The position numbers were made by a program, and so were the translations under genes. The notes under the pieces were generated by a model. That model did not search any database. It was not told the origin of the DNA and was given only the letters and a program-made list of their open reading frames with translations. This document shows, in pieces, positions 29,750-32,000 of a stretch of 32,000 bases of DNA. Within the stretch, counting starts at the first letter, position 1. Each line of letters opens with the position of its first letter. Source of the stretch: Candidatus Saccharimonadota bacterium (GTDB lineage Archaea; Micrarchaeota; Micrarchaeia; Micrarchaeales; Micrarchaeaceae); contig OY970071.1 in the NCBI GenBank assembly GCA_963705375.1, positions 570,001 through 602,000 of the forward strand. The letters run 5' to 3'.

Positions 29750-32000
29750 TTAAGCCTTGTTTTTCTTGCCCAGGATTAATAGATAGTAGATCGCACCGGC
29801 CATTATCACTATGACTATTATTCCTCCAATAAGGGCCCACGTGAATGCACCGTACTTCTGGGCATAAGGCACAGTAGTGGTAGGCATGATTGAGGTGGTT
29901 GCAGGTATGGTTGTGCTGATGATCGTTGTAGTTGTTGGCGTGATGGTCGTTGTGGATATTGATGTGATTGTCGCGATGGGCACAGAGCAGATGTCGACCG
30001 TGACCGTGTGCAGTATAGGCAGGTAGCTTATGCTCTTGAGCATGGCTGTGAAGTTGAATGCGGAAGTGGTGCCTATTCTTGCCGGATTGTTGGGCATTAG
30101 CAAGTACGTGATGCCGTTTATTATCAGCGATGCAGAGCTAGACCCTATCGAACTCGCAGTAATTTCAAAAGATGTGCCGTTGAGCGAAACAGTCTTGGAA
30201 TTCGGCACGGACATGTTCGATATCTCATAGCATGATGACGTTATCTTGGTAACAACAGGGCCTATGGGTCCGCCTGCGCCACTGCCGCCACTTGAACTCC
30301 AGCCCGTGCTGCTGCCTCCTGATGAGGGCTGCACAGAGAATAGGCCAACAATAGGGTCACCGTTGAAGCTGAAAGAGACACTGCACGGAGCTGTGGTCGA
30401 AACACTTGTCGGAGTTATCGCAGACCATGTCGCACCGCCATCCTTTGATATGAACGGTGTCGGTGCAGAGGTTACGCTGCACGAGTAATAAAGCACCGCA
30501 TTCACGGTTATGTCGTTTGATGATGCAGGATTCACATACATAACCTCCACTGCAGAATGGCCAGGGTTGGAAGGGCTGCTCGATGTGATGTTCTGCACCA
30601 CCACGTTGACGCTTTCAACTGCGGTGTTTGTGGTAGTGAATGTGAAGGATTGACCCAATATGTTTGTGGTTACCGGAACGTTGTTTGTTACATTCACGCC
30701 TAATGAATTAGCAGGAGCGCCATTGAGGAGTATTGTGGTTTGTGATGTTTGCGGCACAAACACAACAATCTGAGCAGCTGTGACCTGGTTTGCGGAGACC
30801 GCTGTTGTGGCCGAGTCTTTGACACCTATGCAGTAGTATGTGCTGATTGTTGGAGAGACAACGAACGTCGTTGACTGTCCAGAGACTCCCGATGCCGTAT
30901 TTGCCACAGTAGTGTCAGATGAACATGTTGAGGATGAACCTGAGAACAGCGTTACTGCGAAGTTCGGTGCGCCGCCTGTCCAATTTGCGGTTATCGTATT
31001 GGACTGGCCATTGGCTATTGTTGCGCCAGTTGTTGTCAATGATGAGAGTGTGTTGTACATTGTCCACGATGTTGACGGTATTGAATTGAATGATGTGGAA
31101 ACTGAATCACTCATCACGAAGTTTCCGGTCTCTGTGCCTATCTCGTTAGAGGCAGTTGTCCATGTTGATGATAATGATGTGCCTGTCTGGTTAGGCATTG
31201 TAATTGTGTTTGTTATCGAACCTGTGTTCGTTATGATCGCGTTTCCTATGTAGCTCGGCGTCCCTCCTGTTATTGTTGCCGTGATGGTCTGAGTCTGGCC
31301 GACATCGACCTTCGCACTTGTCGGCGTTGGCTGTGATATCGATGGTGCGGCGTTGACCACAATCTGGACGGCAAAGAACTGGTTTGCTGACATAGCTGTG
31401 GTTGCGCTGTCCTTCATTCCGATGCAGTAGTATGTGCTACTGGTTGGAGAGGCGACGAATGTCGTTGAATGCCCCGAGATGCCTGATGCAGTATTAGCGA
31501 CAGTGGTGTCAGATGAACATGTCGAGGATGAACCTGAGAACAGCGTTACTGCGAAGTTCGGCGTGCCACCTGTCCAACTTACAGGTATTGTGTAGCTCTG
31601 GCCGTTGTCGATTGTTCCGCCGGACGTTGAGAGAGACGACATCAGCGAATTGACACCGAATGTGTTGGTCGTTGATGCAGAGCCACTTACGCCGTCTGTA
31701 ACTGTGAACTTGATCTGAGGCGCGCCTAGAGCGTTGTTCGTCTGAGGCACCCGGAATGTGAATGTCGCAGGCGAAGTCGTGATCATTAGTGAGTTCGCGA
31801 TCACGTTGCCATTGATCGTGTTGGTGATGTAGAAGTTCGCCGTGTATGGAGATGTGCCGCCTGTCCATGAACCCGTTATTGTCTCGTATTGCGACTGATC
31901 TGCGATGTTGTTCGATGACCAGGCGCTTGTGATTGATATTGCGGGGTTTACTACTATTTGAACTGCTGTGACCTGATTCGCAGTGTTGGCCACGGATGCG
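29750..32000 (-). CDS. Large repeat-containing cell-surface (S-layer-like) protein, 5'-partial; the N-terminus lies beyond the window
   Basis: The frame is open to the window edge. Ig-like modules contain W(T/S)GG(T/A)(S/P) motifs. The C-terminus has a Thr-rich stalk (TTTITPTTTTIISTTIPATTSIMPTTT), a TM helix (WALIGGIIVIVIMAGAIYYLLIL) and a KKNKA tail. Confidence 0.8.
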   Translation of the reverse strand, partial: ASVANTANQVTAVQIVVNPAISITSAWSSNNIADQSQYETITGSWTGGTSPYTANFYITNTINGNVIANSLMITTSPATFTFRVPQTNNALGAPQIKFTVTDGVSGSASTTNTFGVNSLMSSLSTSGGTIDNGQSYTIPVSWTGGTPNFAVTLFSGSSSTCSSDTTVANTASGISGHSTTFVASPTSSTYYCIGMKDSATTAMSANQFFAVQIVVNAAPSISQPTPTSAKVDVGQTQTITATITGGTPSYIGNAIITNTGSITNTITMPNQTGTSLSSTWTTASNEIGTETGNFVMSDSVSTSFNSIPSTSWTMYNTLSSLTTTGATIANGQSNTITANWTGGAPNFAVTLFSGSSSTCSSDTTVANTASGVSGQSTTFVVSPTISTYYCIGVKDSATTAVSANQVTAAQIVVFVPQTSQTTILLNGAPANSLGVNVTNNVPVTTNILGQSFTFTTTNTAVESVNVVVQNITSSSPSNPGHSAVEVMYVNPASSNDITVNAVLYYSCSVTSAPTPFISKDGGATWSAITPTSVSTTAPCSVSFSFNGDPIVGLFSVQPSSGGSSTGWSSSGGSGAGGPIGPVVTKITSSCYEISNMSVPNSKTVSLNGTSFEITASSIGSSSASLIINGITYLLMPNNPARIGTTSAFNFTAMLKSISYLPILHTVTVDICSVPIATITSISTTTITPTTTTIISTTIPATTSIMPTTTVPYAQKYGAFTWALIGGIIVIVIMAGAIYYLLILGKKNKA
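30761..31651. repeat. 594-nt (198-aa) period tandem duplication inside the surface-protein gene
   Basis: 31506-31576 and 30912-30982 are identical at 67 of 71 nt. At protein level, LSTSGGTIDNGQSYTIPVSWTGGTPNFAVTLFSGSSSTCSSDTTVANTASGISGHSTTFVASPTSSTYYCIGMKDSATTAMSANQ pairs with LTTTGATIANGQSNTITANWTGGAPNFAVTLFSGSSSTCSSDTTVANTASGVSGQSTTFVVSPTISTYYCIGVKDSATTAVSANQ. Confidence 0.9.

Overview
The window is a gene-dense archaeal chromosomal segment with no rRNA, tRNA, CRISPR array or mobile element that I could find; the longest non-coding gap is about 185 bp. The archaeal assignment rests on fibrillarin, aIF-5A with the GKHG hypusine site, aIF-2beta, aIF-1A, Orc1/Cdc6, Rpo7 (RpoE'), Spt4, the RNase P proteins Rpp30 and Pop5, and ribosomal proteins S24e and S27ae.

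The window splits into two parts.

(1) 1-12335 looks accessory and surface- or signalling-oriented.
- A response regulator (wHTH-REC-degenerate GGDEF-like) heads a tightly spaced minus-strand gene string. In order it contains a class-III-signal pilin, two tandem UPF0200-like P-loop kinases, a sequon-rich surface protein, an unknown protein and an ABC ATPase.
- Next come a GNAT, an S/T-rich secreted protein, a soluble GAF-PAS histidine kinase and an orphan HEPN-like gene.
- The region ends with an 860-aa pilin fused through poly-Gly linkers to two 7-bladed YWTD/NHL-type beta-propellers.
- No pilus assembly ATPase, platform protein or prepilin peptidase lies in the window. This combination is my best candidate for an undescribed, phosphorelay-controlled adhesion or surface module.

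(2) 12419-29666 is an informational and cell-division core.
- It encodes flpA (no nop5 next to it), a GluRS homolog whose HIGH signature reads QLGN, an M20 peptidase, an FKBP, spt4-rpo7-PIN, DUF488, sepF and a TrmJ-like methyltransferase.
- It continues with a CPBP protease, S27ae (missed by the ORF track), S24e, aIF-5A and two tandem diverged ftsZ genes.
- It ends with aIF-2beta, aIF-1A, orc1/cdc6, rpp30 and pop5.

The window ends in a 5'-truncated repeat-rich surface (S-layer-like) protein. Many genes use GTG or TTG starts, several preceded by a GGTGA-type Shine-Dalgarno motif. Others have a TATA-like box about 25 nt upstream of the start codon, suggesting leaderless or short-leader mRNAs. 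All functional calls come from reading motifs by eye; no database search was run.
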